A DNA stretch of 64,000 nucleotides from a virus: positions 695 to 64,694 of IMG/VR virus record IMGVR_UViG_3300035523_000133, one strand, 5' to 3'. Position 1 is the stretch's first letter, and each line of letters starts with the position of its first letter. A program made the translations under genes and the position numbers. The notes under the pieces were generated by a model. It was not told the origin of the DNA, made no database searches, and saw only the letters and a program-made list of their open reading frames with translations. Shown here piece by piece: positions 37,104 to 46,024 of this stretch.

Positions 37104-37511
37104 GTGGAGGGGTTCGTTGTGTTTATCTTCATCATTGCGGTTGCGGTCCTTGCGTTCGTTGTCTATGCCCTGGTCGCAGGCCCAAAGCACCGGTTGACCG
37201 GTGAACAGCCGATCGCGGCCGGCACTTCTTCCTCGGTACCCCTTGCCGCAGAACCAGACCGCCTATCGCTTGGGTTTGGCGACAGCCTCAGCGCCGATGG
37301 CGTATTCTTCGAATGGAAGGGTCCGATGGGACGGGGTGGCTTCAAGGTGCCCCGCCAGTTGGTGCAAGGGGTCACCGTTGAGAAGGTCTCCTTTGGCAAG
37401 GTCACACTGAAGGTCTTTGGCGCCGGGTCAGAACTCGCTTCTGTACCGAATCTGCTCCCTAGCCAAGCCGAACAGGCGCAAACGTGGATGATGGAACGCA
37501 TCGGCAAGTGA
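37104..37511 (+). CDS. Membrane-anchored protein with PH-like C-terminal domain (moron/exclusion candidate)
   Basis: N-terminal TM; KVPRQLVQGVTVEK..FGKVTLKV; opposite strand. Confidence 0.7.
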   Translation: MEGFVVFIFIIAVAVLAFVVYALVAGPKHRLTGEQPIAAGTSSSVPLAAEPDRLSLGFGDSLSADGVFFEWKGPMGRGGFKVPRQLVQGVTVEKVSFGKVTLKVFGAGSELASVPNLLPSQAEQAQTWMMERIGK

Positions 37512-37521
37512 CCGCCAGGAG

Positions 37522-37556
37522 AAAGCCCCCACAGCCATAAGGTTGTCGGGGGCTTT
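37522..37556. terminator. Bidirectional terminator
   Basis: AAAGCCCCC-ACAGCC-ATAA-GGTTGT-C-GGGGGCTTT between converging genes. Confidence 0.75.
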
Positions 37557-37606
37557 GTCGTTCCCCGGGTAACAGTTAAGGCCGCCCCTTTCCTATGGGA
37601 CGGCCC

Positions 37607-37813
37607 CTACTTTGGTACCGGCTTTTCTTCTTCTTCCCGCAGCTCGTCGACGTAGGTCATCACATCTTCAAACGCCTCTACCGGGGCGCCCCTCATCCCA
37701 TGCAGCAACTCCAAGGCATCCGATACAGCGGCCAAATCCAGTATGGCAGGCGCTCCCATTCGTACCGGGGGCGGCCCGGCTTGGCGCCCCGGAAATTCGA
37801 TCACCTTACCCAT
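37607..37813 (-). CDS. Hypothetical protein
   Basis: MGKVIEFP start typical of phage small proteins. Confidence 0.55.
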   Translation of the reverse strand: MGKVIEFPGRQAGPPPVRMGAPAILDLAAVSDALELLHGMRGAPVEAFEDVMTYVDELREEEEKPVPK

Positions 37814-37816
37814 GGA

Positions 37817-38638
37817 CTAACTCGCCGCCTTCCGTCCAAACAGGTGATAGGCCAGGGCGTACAGTTTGTCCATCAGCCCTTCGGCCTCCGCTATGTCCAG
37901 GGGCGGTTTTTTGCTGGATGCCCGCGCCTTCAGGTCGACGTGGTAGCGGTCCCGGAATTCCAGGTAGAGCCGGCCCCACGCCTCCGAGTGGCCGAAGCCG
38001 TTCTCCAGGCAGTAGCTGCGAACCAGGCGGTTCAGTTGCGCCCGAGCGGTCAGGCCGGGAACGTCGCCCGCTGGCGCTGGCAGGGCCGTCAGTTCCTCGG
38101 TTGCTTCCTGTTGCCTTGCCTGCATCCCTTCCACTCTGGCGGCAATGTCGGTTACTTGGACTTGCGTCGTTGCCTGCGCTGTTGCCAGTTCCAGGAGCCG
38201 GCGTTCGTGAGCTTCGTAAGCCTGGGCCATGGCGACGAGAAGTTGGCCTTGGGTGGGTGGGACGACCTGCCGTTGCTCATTCTGGTACGTGCTAACTGCA
38301 AAGTAGGTCTGCGCCATCGCAATTTCGGGCTTGCGCGGGTCTCCGTTCATCGCGATCAGGTAGCAGGCGTACCGGGTCAAATGATAATCCGGTACCTCTC
38401 GCACGCTTCCGCTCCCCAGGTTGACCATCTTCCCGGCTCCGGGAAAATGGTCCGGTGCGTTTCCACCGCTGTTCTCGCAGGCGGCCTTTGCTCGGTCGAT
38501 GGCATCCTCGAAGCGTTCCCATTTCTCGTAGCCCAGACAGGGTTGTAGGTCGCGGGCTGACCAGAACTCCGAGCCGTTCCCTCTGGTCTGCTTGATGCTG
38601 TCGAACAGGGGCCGGGCCTCTACCATCAACTCGTTCAC
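37817..38638 (-). CDS. Antirepressor-like protein (BRO-N/DinD-like N-terminus)
   Basis: FWSARDLQPCLGYEKWERF...DYHLTRYACYLIAMNGDPRKPEIAMAQTYFA. Confidence 0.88.
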   Translation of the reverse strand: MNELMVEARPLFDSIKQTRGNGSEFWSARDLQPCLGYEKWERFEDAIDRAKAACENSGGNAPDHFPGAGKMVNLGSGSVREVPDYHLTRYACYLIAMNGDPRKPEIAMAQTYFAVSTYQNEQRQVVPPTQGQLLVAMAQAYEAHERRLLELATAQATTQVQVTDIAARVEGMQARQQEATEELTALPAPAGDVPGLTARAQLNRLVRSYCLENGFGHSEAWGRLYLEFRDRYHVDLKARASSKKPPLDIAEAEGLMDKLYALAYHLFGRKAAS

Positions 38639-38847
38639 GGTTCATCGCTCCCTTCCATTCGTTTGCTCCCGTCGATTCCAAGGGGTCGCCGACGCGTCCA
38701 CCTGCGGGGAGCGTTCGCAGGCAGACTCAGCCTGGCCGGGCCGGTCGGCGGTAAAGGTTAAGGCGCCCTCATAGGAGAGCGCCTGTTGTTCGCACGGTCG
38801 TTTATCGCTGTCGTGTGTATTATTCAAAATTTCTTTAGCTCAGGCTA

Positions 38848-38877
38848 TTGTACTTAGTACTGTCCCTATGTTATGCT
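38848..38877 (+). promoter_or_regulatory. SigA-like promoter with overlapping inverted repeat
   Basis: TTGTAC...TGnTATGCT; GTACT-T-AGTAC palindrome. Confidence 0.5.
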
Positions 38878-38896
38878 CTAGCCAGAGGTGAGGGAA

Positions 38897-39667
38897 ATGC
38901 CCCGGAAGGGTTACGTTCCGCCCGAGGGTTCCAAGCAGGCGCTGATCTACATCCCTGGTACGCTCCATGCTGCGGCTACCGAGGCCGTCAGGCGAATCAA
39001 GCGCACCAAGGCACCGGGTTACAGTCTCCAGCAGTTTATCCTGGATTCGATGAGCGACAGGCTTTCAAAGGAGGGTTCTGCGATGTCTGAGAAGCAGGTC
39101 ACGTTCCGCGTTGACTCCATGGTTCCGGCTGGCTTGATTCAGGTCGATGGGTCCGCTAACCCCGTCGCCGCCATGGCGATTCTGCTCTGCCTGGATACCC
39201 GCGATGGTTCCGCCTGGATCACCCATCGCAACCAGTGTGAGAACGGCGTGCCGTCCACCGTCTACCATGGCCTGGTCCTGGAGTGGTCGATTGCGGTCAC
39301 AACCGACGCTCAGCGGTTCGCCGCCGACATCAACACCGGCGAACTGGACGCCCTGCTCACCCGCATCGTGGTGGGCGCTTCTACCCGGTGGAATGGCAAC
39401 AATACGGTCGGCGTGCTCTCCGACGACGCCCGGGGGGCGGGCGAGGCAGTCGAGCAGTGGTTGAACGACTGGGATGGCACGATGCCTGAGTCCGGCGGGC
39501 TGTGGGAGGCGGGCGACTGGTTCCAGGACGGCGTTGAGGGGTTCCGGGCCGACATGACCGACGAGGAGCTGGCTGCTCTGGCCGACTCCCTGGACCGTGA
39601 AGCCCTGGCCGATAACGTGGTGCTGGCAGACACTCTGCAACACCTGCGCCACCTGCGTGATCGGTAG
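38897..39667 (+). CDS. RHH/Arc-like domain fused in frame to phage protein with its own SD/ATG at 39083
   Basis: QALIYIPGTLHAAA...SLQQFILDSM; AAGGAGG before internal ATG. Confidence 0.65.
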   Translation: MPRKGYVPPEGSKQALIYIPGTLHAAATEAVRRIKRTKAPGYSLQQFILDSMSDRLSKEGSAMSEKQVTFRVDSMVPAGLIQVDGSANPVAAMAILLCLDTRDGSAWITHRNQCENGVPSTVYHGLVLEWSIAVTTDAQRFAADINTGELDALLTRIVVGASTRWNGNNTVGVLSDDARGAGEAVEQWLNDWDGTMPESGGLWEAGDWFQDGVEGFRADMTDEELAALADSLDREALADNVVLADTLQHLRHLRDR

Positions 39668-39679
39668 CCACCACACGGG

Positions 39680-39704
39680 AGGCCCCGGCAGGTCCGGGGC
39701 CTTT
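39680..39704 (+). terminator. Intrinsic terminator
   Basis: AGGCCCCGG-CAGGT-CCGGGGCCT-TT. Confidence 0.6.
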
Positions 39705-39724
39705 GCCGATAAGGAGTGACCAAA

Positions 39725-40657
39725 ATGCCTGCCCGTCAATGGACGAAGGAGTCGATCCTGGGCGCTATTCGAACTCGCCACGATGCCGGTCTGTCGCTGC
39801 GGTCCACGTCCGTCAACGAGACTGACGGTCCACTGTATGGTGCCGCCCACTACTGGTTCGGTGGTTGGAGTGCCGCCGTCGCCGCCGCTGGGTTCGACTA
39901 TAAGGCAATTGCAGGCCGTGTGCGGCATTCGGCCTGGACCGCAGATAGCGTTAAACCGGCGCTCCGGCAACTCCTTGCCGATGGGCTCCCGCTGGCCTCT
40001 GGCGCGGTGCGCAAACACCATAGTGGACTCTACACCGCTGCGCTACAGTTGTTTGGGTCCTGGGACAACGCCCTGCAGGCCGCCGGAATCGCCCCCGCCA
40101 CTATTCGCAAAACTCTGCCCGCGGCCGTCTCCGCCGTACCGGTCGCCCTGTTCACTGCGGGCAACCGTCTACCGCCGGGATTCTGGCAGGACGTGCCTAA
40201 CGCGGTGGCGGTTCTGCGGCACGTCCTGAGCGAGACAAACATTCGGCTGGACCAGGCGCCCGGCCTGTGTACTCGCAGGTGGTTTGCCGCTCACCGGCTG
40301 GAACCGCTGCTCAGGTACTACTGCAACTCACCCGCCCGACTCTTCTGCGCCCTGTTCCCGCAACAGTTCACGCTGGACATGTTCACCACCACACCGGCCG
40401 GTGAGCGATCGCCACGGACAACAGCCCACGCCGCCCGCGTGGTCTGCACGAAATGCACTCGTGGTTTCCGACCGGATAAGGTGCACGCCGCAGCCGTCCG
40501 CTGCTGTCCGTTCTGCCGAGCATCCCTGGACCGCCAAGCGGAGACCCCGGATATTACTCCGGGGTCCCTTCGCGTCTACCGCGCCACTGGTTTTGGGCTT
40601 GCCTTCATCGCCCGGTCGAGTCCCTCCCGGTTACGGTGCGCGTCGCACAGATCGTGA
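39725..40657 (+). CDS. Homing-endonuclease-associated-repeat-like protein with C-terminal Zn ribbon
   Basis: Two WT..S........LY.AA...FG.W..A..AAG repeats; CTKC...CPFC. Confidence 0.65.
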   Translation: MPARQWTKESILGAIRTRHDAGLSLRSTSVNETDGPLYGAAHYWFGGWSAAVAAAGFDYKAIAGRVRHSAWTADSVKPALRQLLADGLPLASGAVRKHHSGLYTAALQLFGSWDNALQAAGIAPATIRKTLPAAVSAVPVALFTAGNRLPPGFWQDVPNAVAVLRHVLSETNIRLDQAPGLCTRRWFAAHRLEPLLRYYCNSPARLFCALFPQQFTLDMFTTTPAGERSPRTTAHAARVVCTKCTRGFRPDKVHAAAVRCCPFCRASLDRQAETPDITPGSLRVYRATGFGLAFIARSSPSRLRCASHRS

Positions 40658-41160
40658 CTGTCGTCGCCCACAATGGCCACACCCTGGGTCCACGTCCCGC
40701 ACACTTCGCATTTCCGCTGTTCGTTGGCCCGCATCTGGCCGTCGAAGCGGGCGTGGTCCAGTTGGTATTGCCGGAAGTGCTCCTCCGCCTCTGCTGAAGT
40801 CGCATGGCCGGGGCAGGGGTTTTCCTTGCGAACGACGCCTTTATTTCCGCACTTCTCGCAGGTGAAATCGGATCGCATCCACGATTGGCCCTTGCACTCC
40901 GGGCACGTTTCCCACGGGGAGCAATGTCCGACCGGATGCGCGCCGCGGCTGTTGCTACAGGTGTAGTGATACAAACCCGTAGGCTTGCCGTTCTCGTCCA
41001 TGAGTTCCAGGGCTTGATAAATCTCCACGTTCGCCTTTCCTCTTTCGTCTACTCTCCAGGAGTGCCAGTGTCTACACCACCAGGGACCGATCCCGTTCGA
41101 CGGCCGCGCTACTACCGGAGCACCGCAGATTGGACAGTGTCCGAGGTCTCTGTCTCGCAT
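40576..41160 (-). CDS. Multi-Zn-finger hypothetical protein
   Basis: CPIC, CPEC, CEKC, CEVC motifs. Confidence 0.6.
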   Translation of the reverse strand: MRDRDLGHCPICGAPVVARPSNGIGPWWCRHWHSWRVDERGKANVEIYQALELMDENGKPTGLYHYTCSNSRGAHPVGHCSPWETCPECKGQSWMRSDFTCEKCGNKGVVRKENPCPGHATSAEAEEHFRQYQLDHARFDGQMRANEQRKCEVCGTWTQGVAIVGDDSHDLCDAHRNREGLDRAMKASPKPVAR

Positions 41161-41233
41161 TCCAATCGCCTCTCTTATGCATGTTTGCATGAAAAGTGTC
41201 CCGTTTTGCCGGGGTGGAATGCATAAAGGCCGG

Positions 41234-41288
41234 TTGACTCGCTGTACATGTGGTGCTACACTTATTTCAAAGTGGTCTGTAGCCCCAC
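41234..41288 (+). promoter_or_regulatory. SigA promoter P1 with inverted 11-bp operator pair
   Basis: TTGACT-N17-TACACT with TG extension; GTGGTGCTACA (41250-60) and TGTAGCCCCAC (41278-88). Confidence 0.7.
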
Positions 41289-41319
41289 AGGTATGTTACG
41301 ATGGGAGGCGAACTGCGGG

Positions 41320-41529
41320 GTGGTGACTATCGGACGTAAACCGTTGGTGAAAGGGGTCCGCCAGGCCGACATCGACCCGGCACAGCGTGAGGGCACCAAG
41401 TTCAAGCAGGTCCGCATGTCTGAGTTGCTGATCAAACGCATCGAGGCGTATGCAGAGGCTAACGGCCTCAAGAGCCGGCCCGCCGCCATCGCTCACGCCC
41501 TGGACATCGCAGAAGGCAGACCAAAATGA
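41320..41529 (+). CDS. Ribbon-helix-helix (CopG-like) regulator
   Basis: KQVRMSELLIKRIEAYAEANGLKSRPAAIAHALD; GGGAGG SD. Confidence 0.7.
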   Translation: MVTIGRKPLVKGVRQADIDPAQREGTKFKQVRMSELLIKRIEAYAEANGLKSRPAAIAHALDIAEGRPK

Positions 41530-41566
41530 GAAGGCTTCGGAGTAACCCTCCGGGGCCTTCTTGTTT
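41530..41566 (+). terminator. Intrinsic terminator
   Basis: GAAGGCTTCGGA...TCCGGGGCCTTC-TTGTTT. Confidence 0.7.
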
Positions 41567-41583
41567 ATCGAAAACTTTTATAT

Positions 41584-41630
41584 GTGGGGCTACATTTTAT
41601 CTTGACTTGGCTTTTGTGTGGTGCTACATT
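41584..41630 (+). promoter_or_regulatory. SigA promoter P2 with two direct copies of the same operator
   Basis: TTGACT (41602)-N17-TACATT with TG extension; GTGGGGCTACA (41584-94), GTGGTGCTACA (41618-28). Confidence 0.7.
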
Positions 41631-41670
41631 TATGGTGGGTAGAGGAGATGAACCGAAGGGAGAGTTCAAA

Positions 41671-42066
41671 ATGGCGAAGTACTCCAAGGAGCAGCGGGCT
41701 TACCTGGTCGCTAAGGCCGCTTACGATACGGTTTATGCCCAGTACAAGCAGCGTGCGGCCCAGGAACTGCCGACCTACACCAGCGAGCAGATTGACGCCC
41801 TGCCTAGCGCCGAACTCAAGGCCCTGTGTGATGCGGACACCGTCATCTACCGGGAATGCGGTCTCCCCGCCCTTCGCAAAGCCCTGGACGAAGCCGAAAA
41901 CGTTCTGGTCGCTTGGGGATACGAAGTGGTCAAGCGCAGCCCGATGTATCAGGCCAAGAAAGCTGATTTGGACTACCTCTTCAGCGGCAAGCACGGACGG
42001 CTCGACATTCACAACCAGCTGGTTGACATGACCATTCGCCTCAAGGCAACGTCCATTCCCGCTTAA
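41671..42066 (+). CDS. Hypothetical helical protein
   Basis: Start MAKYS after GGGAG. Confidence 0.65.
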   Translation: MAKYSKEQRAYLVAKAAYDTVYAQYKQRAAQELPTYTSEQIDALPSAELKALCDADTVIYRECGLPALRKALDEAENVLVAWGYEVVKRSPMYQAKKADLDYLFSGKHGRLDIHNQLVDMTIRLKATSIPA

Positions 42067-42126
42067 CTACCAAAGGCCAGCCGGGGGCCATAATACCCGG
42101 CGCAGTAAGAAAGGGGTTGGCGAGAA

Positions 42127-42342
42127 ATGAAGAAGGCTGAGCACGTCGCCGCAATCCGCGAACTCTGCCAGAAGCACGCCGCCACGGTGGCCGCCGTAAA
42201 GGCCGCCTGCGAAGCGGAGAGGGCCGAACTCCAGGCTGTCATCGACAACTACGCCACCGCCCTGGATCGTCAGGATGCCCTGATTGCTCACCTCGAAGAG
42301 CTGCTCAAGGCAAACGGAATCGCCATCACATACCCGGCCTAG
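42127..42342 (+). CDS. Small coiled-coil protein
   Basis: 71 aa, SD. Confidence 0.6.
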   Translation: MKKAEHVAAIRELCQKHAATVAAVKAACEAERAELQAVIDNYATALDRQDALIAHLEELLKANGIAITYPA

Positions 42343-42453
42343 CCCCTTCGGGGGCAAAACCACGGATAAGGCGGTGCGAAGTGCTAGGCCGCCACCTTCC
42401 GAAGGGAAGGTCAAAGTGGAGCCGCTTAAGGGGATAGAGGACTTAGGAAGGAG

Positions 42454-42672
42454 TTGGCAACCGTGCCGATGTTGCAGCAAGCCGCCGAGACTGCGAAGGA
42501 GTTGGGCATCAGCGAACAGGAGGCCATGGTGCTGGAGTTCTTGGCGCTGGAGGCATGGGCCGACGTGCTGAACAGCAACAAAGGCCGGGCTGCCTTCCAC
42601 ATCGGAGCCGTGCACGCGGCCGGTAAGATGGATGCTCCGACGATGCGCAAGTGTCTGGCCCTGCTGAAATAG
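42454..42672 (+). CDS. Hypothetical protein
   Basis: 72 aa, SD; start may be GTG 42463. Confidence 0.6.
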   Translation: MATVPMLQQAAETAKELGISEQEAMVLEFLALEAWADVLNSNKGRAAFHIGAVHAAGKMDAPTMRKCLALLK

Positions 42673-42726
42673 TCTCAGTCTCCCCTCCCACTCCTATAGG
42701 GGGGGTATAGAAAGGAAGGATCGACC

Positions 42727-42927
42727 GTGAAACGTGACTGGTACGTCTACGGCATCGACAAGTACGGGCGCCGCCACAACGCCGCTGGCGGTGGGTTCAC
42801 ACAGAAGGGCGCCGTCGAATGGGCATCGGCCCCTGCGGCGCTTCGGGACGCCAAGACTTGCGGCTTCGGCAAACTCCTCGCTACCAACGGCTCCGAACGG
42901 CATGAGTTCACGGTCCCGCGGAACTAG
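42727..42927 (+). CDS. Hypothetical protein
   Basis: 66 aa, AAAGGAAGG SD. Confidence 0.6.
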   Translation: MKRDWYVYGIDKYGRRHNAAGGGFTQKGAVEWASAPAALRDAKTCGFGKLLATNGSERHEFTVPRN

Positions 42928-43070
42928 CCGGGTACACCCCGGCCCCCTCTCAGCCAGTGCTGGGTATCTCCCGGCTCCCTGGTCCCTGTCGCCCAAGGGT
43001 TTGAGCGATACGGACCAAGGATGACTAGCCCGGTACTCTACCAGGAGTCTCCCTATAGGAGGTGTTGAGG

Positions 43071-43274
43071 ATGGCCGATGCCTGCCCCATCACGGTCGGA
43101 GAAGTCTACATCGAGCACACCAAGCGATTCGATGTACGGCACACGGCGACGGCTACCATGCGGGATGCGAAGCGCGGGTGGCTTGTCCACTTTGACACGG
43201 ACGGGCCGTTTCCCATATGGCACCACGTTGACGGGATTCTCTGCCGCATGGAGAAAGAGAAACCCGTGCCCTAG
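43071..43274 (+). CDS. Hypothetical protein
   Basis: GGAGGTG SD. Confidence 0.55.
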   Translation: MADACPITVGEVYIEHTKRFDVRHTATATMRDAKRGWLVHFDTDGPFPIWHHVDGILCRMEKEKPVP

Positions 43275-43324
43275 TCCCGGTCTCCGTCTCCCCCTCTACC
43301 CGCCTTGAAAGGAAGTGTCGCAAA

Positions 43325-43540
43325 ATGTGGGTCAAGATTACCTCCAACCTTGTGGACTTCAACATGCTCCCCGTCCCCAAGGGCGCCGTGATGTTCGTCA
43401 CTGAGGATCACGGGTTCAACCTTCTCCAGCACAAGGAAGCCGTTGTCGCTACCATCGCAGAGGTGACCGCCGTACTTGACGCCGCAGAGGCGATCGCTCA
43501 GGAGGCGTTGCAAGCCCAGATGAGGTACCAGGGAGTCTAA
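43325..43540 (+). CDS. Hypothetical protein
   Basis: 71 aa, SD. Confidence 0.55.
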   Translation: MWVKITSNLVDFNMLPVPKGAVMFVTEDHGFNLLQHKEAVVATIAEVTAVLDAAEAIAQEALQAQMRYQGV

Positions 43541-43594
43541 TCCGCTCCCCTTCCCTAATGCAACCGATGCCGGGTCACAAGCCCCGGAGGTGGA

Positions 43595-43864
43595 ATGCAG
43601 AGTGGGGATAGAAAGGGGGCTTCGATCGTGTTCATACTGCGGCTCCTGGACAACAAGGATCAGGTATCGGCCACTCACTGGCGCCGTGTTGCCGACAAAA
43701 CCACCGCCATCGAAGACGCCCGCAAGTGGGTTGCCGAATCCACCGGTGCCGATCCGTGGGCGTTTGTCACGGACGACGGCCGCGAGAATGCGGGGCGAAC
43801 GGTGTTCTTGATCGACCGTAGCCGGGAGTGGTCAGTGGAAGACCTGTCGCAGCCTGTAGCCTGA
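43595..43864 (+). CDS. Hypothetical protein
   Basis: GGAGGTGG SD. Confidence 0.6.
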   Translation: MQSGDRKGASIVFILRLLDNKDQVSATHWRRVADKTTAIEDARKWVAESTGADPWAFVTDDGRENAGRTVFLIDRSREWSVEDLSQPVA

Positions 43865-43953
43865 TTGGGAGCCCTTCGCGGCTCCGTCCCTGCTACCCAC
43901 CGGGCTTTAGTGGGTGGCGCGGACGGAATCTCGAATGAGTCTCAGGGAGGTGC

Positions 43954-44292
43954 GTGAACTTGAAGCCTGTTGCCAGAAAAGACGTTTGGGATGCGTTGCT
44001 TCGACTCGGTGTTACGGGGGAATACGCCTCAGTGTCGCTGCAGGAAAACAACAGTCTCCTTCTCTGCCTCTACGAGTGTAATCCTGAGTTGCTTTCTGCT
44101 ATTTCCACCGCCTTCACCGCCGCAGGCATCGTTCACTCCGTTGAACGATCCGGATTGCGCCGCATCATCTGCACAGGCGTCAAGGATGAGGTGTCCGACG
44201 CTCAGGCTAGTCCGGCACCCGCTCCCGTCTACAACCCGGTCGGCTTCGTGCTTGATTCCGTGTTTGGAAAAAGGGTAACCGGTCGCCCTTAA
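43954..44292 (+). CDS. Hypothetical protein
   Basis: GGGAGGTG SD. Confidence 0.6.
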   Translation: MNLKPVARKDVWDALLRLGVTGEYASVSLQENNSLLLCLYECNPELLSAISTAFTAAGIVHSVERSGLRRIICTGVKDEVSDAQASPAPAPVYNPVGFVLDSVFGKRVTGRP

Positions 44293-44394
44293 ATGCTGGC
44301 CGCGGCGCTCGTCAGGTCAGGCGGGCGCCTGGTACCCGAAGGAGTTCCGAGGAGCGTGCAGAATAGCAAGTCTTTGAGAGGAGTTGAGGGAAGG

Positions 44395-44583
44395 ATGCAA
44401 CAGGCTGTTGAGCCCGGTGACGCCGTCAGAATTACCATGATTGGCCATCCCGACTTCCACTGTGAGGTGCTGGTTGAGCGTGTTGCGGATAGCGGCGTCT
44501 ACTACCACCACAACGGACAAGAGGGGTATACATGGTTGACCTACGTTGAGGTGACCCAAAAGGGGAGCCGGCCCCATCCCTGA
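44395..44583 (+). CDS. Small SH3-like hypothetical protein
   Basis: VEPGDAVRI...V.V..V...GVY pattern. Confidence 0.5.
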   Translation: MQQAVEPGDAVRITMIGHPDFHCEVLVERVADSGVYYHHNGQEGYTWLTYVEVTQKGSRPHP

Positions 44584-44602
44584 GAGGAGGATAAGCCCCT
44601 AC

Positions 44603-44633
44603 GGTCCCGGTCCTAATGGGCCGGGGCCTTTCT
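44603..44633. terminator. Terminator at convergence of plus island and minus block
   Basis: GGTCCCGGTCC-TAAT-GGGCCGGGGCC-TTTCT. Confidence 0.65.
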
Positions 44634-44747
44634 CTATGCCCGCCGCTTGTCCGCCCACATGCTTAGGGCCGTCAGACCGTAGGCAATGGTCATGCAGAGC
44701 GCGTGAAACGCTACCGCCACCGCGCCGGCTTGAATCCATTCCCGCAT
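44634..44747 (-). CDS. 37-aa single-TM peptide (below ORF-track cutoff)
   Basis: MREWIQAGAVAVAFHALCMTIAYGLTALSMWADKRRA, SD GAGGG. Confidence 0.45.
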   Translation of the reverse strand: MREWIQAGAVAVAFHALCMTIAYGLTALSMWADKRRA

Positions 44748-44825
44748 AATCCCTCACCCCTCGCGGATACGCTAGATGCGCGGCTCGGTTGGTCGTTCCC
44801 CCGTCAGCTGGTGGCGGGGGATTTG

Positions 44826-45164
44826 CTATGCCTGGGCCGTTTTCAGCAAGACCCGCAGTTCGTCGGCGATTTCCATGGGCGGGTTGCCGCTCAGTCCACG
44901 TTCGATGAGTTGCCGCGCCGTTGCCGCCTCCCCGCATTCCAGGGCCAATGATGCCGCGCTTCGGAGTAGAACCGAACGGGTCGGCTCAAGGTCCGTGCGG
45001 TCTTGGATCAATTCCGCCGCCTGGCGCTCCTTCGCGAATGCCTCTGCATTGAGCGTCCGGGCGCGTGGGTGATTCCCCTCAGATCGTTCCAACATCGCCA
45101 GTTCTGCGAGGTCCATCGCTTCGCTGTGCAGGGTTTGGAATTCGGACAGTGTCGCGTCCATCAT
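44826..45164 (-). CDS. TPR-like helical protein
   Basis: LHSEAMDLAE...EPTRSVLLRSAASLALECGE...GL.GNPP.EIADEL. Confidence 0.7.
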   Translation of the reverse strand: MMDATLSEFQTLHSEAMDLAELAMLERSEGNHPRARTLNAEAFAKERQAAELIQDRTDLEPTRSVLLRSAASLALECGEAATARQLIERGLSGNPPMEIADELRVLLKTAQA

Positions 45165-46009
45165 GGCCGGTTCTTCTCCTCTCCCTGCACGGGGCTGCCG
45201 ATCGTAAACTCTGCCCCGGGTCGCTCGTGGTCGAACCGTTCGGCCATTTTGCGCAGGGTCTTGCTGATGCTGTACGCCTTCCCTGGCTCCGGGAGAGCCA
45301 TCAGAGGCACATCGATACCCCTTCGCCGTGCATCGTCCGCTACGGCCTCCAGGAGCGTAATGGCGGTATCCGGGATGGGCGCTTCAGCTTTGAGCGCACC
45401 TTCGTTCTTGCTCAGGAACCGAAGGGCCTTGGCCTTTACCCGCCCGCCCCGGTCCCCGGCGACTGCTGAGTTGATCAGGGCCGCGGCCGCCTGGAGGTTG
45501 ACCAGGACTTCGGCCTCTCGGGCGCCATCTTCGGGTGTGAACCGGTCGCCTCGCTTGGGGGTCCGTATCACGCCGGTTTGCCTGAGCCAGTCCGTGAACT
45601 GCGCCAGGCTCATTTCGTTGTCCGCCGCGCGAGTGAGCCATTCGACCCGTTGTTCTGGCGTGTACCGGTCCCCGCCGGCCGCGGCCGCTTTCTCCAAGTG
45701 GCTCCACGTCAGCCCGACGTGCCAGGCACATTCACCGCCTGGGCCGGGGAACGCCTTGGCGAGAAGGTGGTACGGCAGACGTTCAGGTACCTCCAGGTAG
45801 TGCGCGATGCGGTCCGCCGCGATGTTGCGCCGGGAACCAACCCGGTTGATGGTCGCTTCGCGCTCAGGGCTACCCAGGGGCATCCATCGGACCAGCTGGT
45901 GCAGCTTGTACACCCAGCGCGCCCGCCCTTGCCGCTCGTCATCGATGTCGTCAATTACGCTTTCCAGGGCCTCCATGGGCCGCTCCCGCTCCCGTTCTGC
46001 CGCTACCAT
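45161..46009 (-). CDS. Hypothetical protein (helical, DUF1016-N-like stretch)
   Basis: LTWSHL...EQRVEWL..A....MS; coupled to MT-A70 gene. Confidence 0.6.
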   Translation of the reverse strand: MVAAERERERPMEALESVIDDIDDERQGRARWVYKLHQLVRWMPLGSPEREATINRVGSRRNIAADRIAHYLEVPERLPYHLLAKAFPGPGGECAWHVGLTWSHLEKAAAAGGDRYTPEQRVEWLTRAADNEMSLAQFTDWLRQTGVIRTPKRGDRFTPEDGAREAEVLVNLQAAAALINSAVAGDRGGRVKAKALRFLSKNEGALKAEAPIPDTAITLLEAVADDARRRGIDVPLMALPEPGKAYSISKTLRKMAERFDHERPGAEFTIGSPVQGEEKNRP

Positions 46010-46024
46010 GGAACCCCTCCCCGC

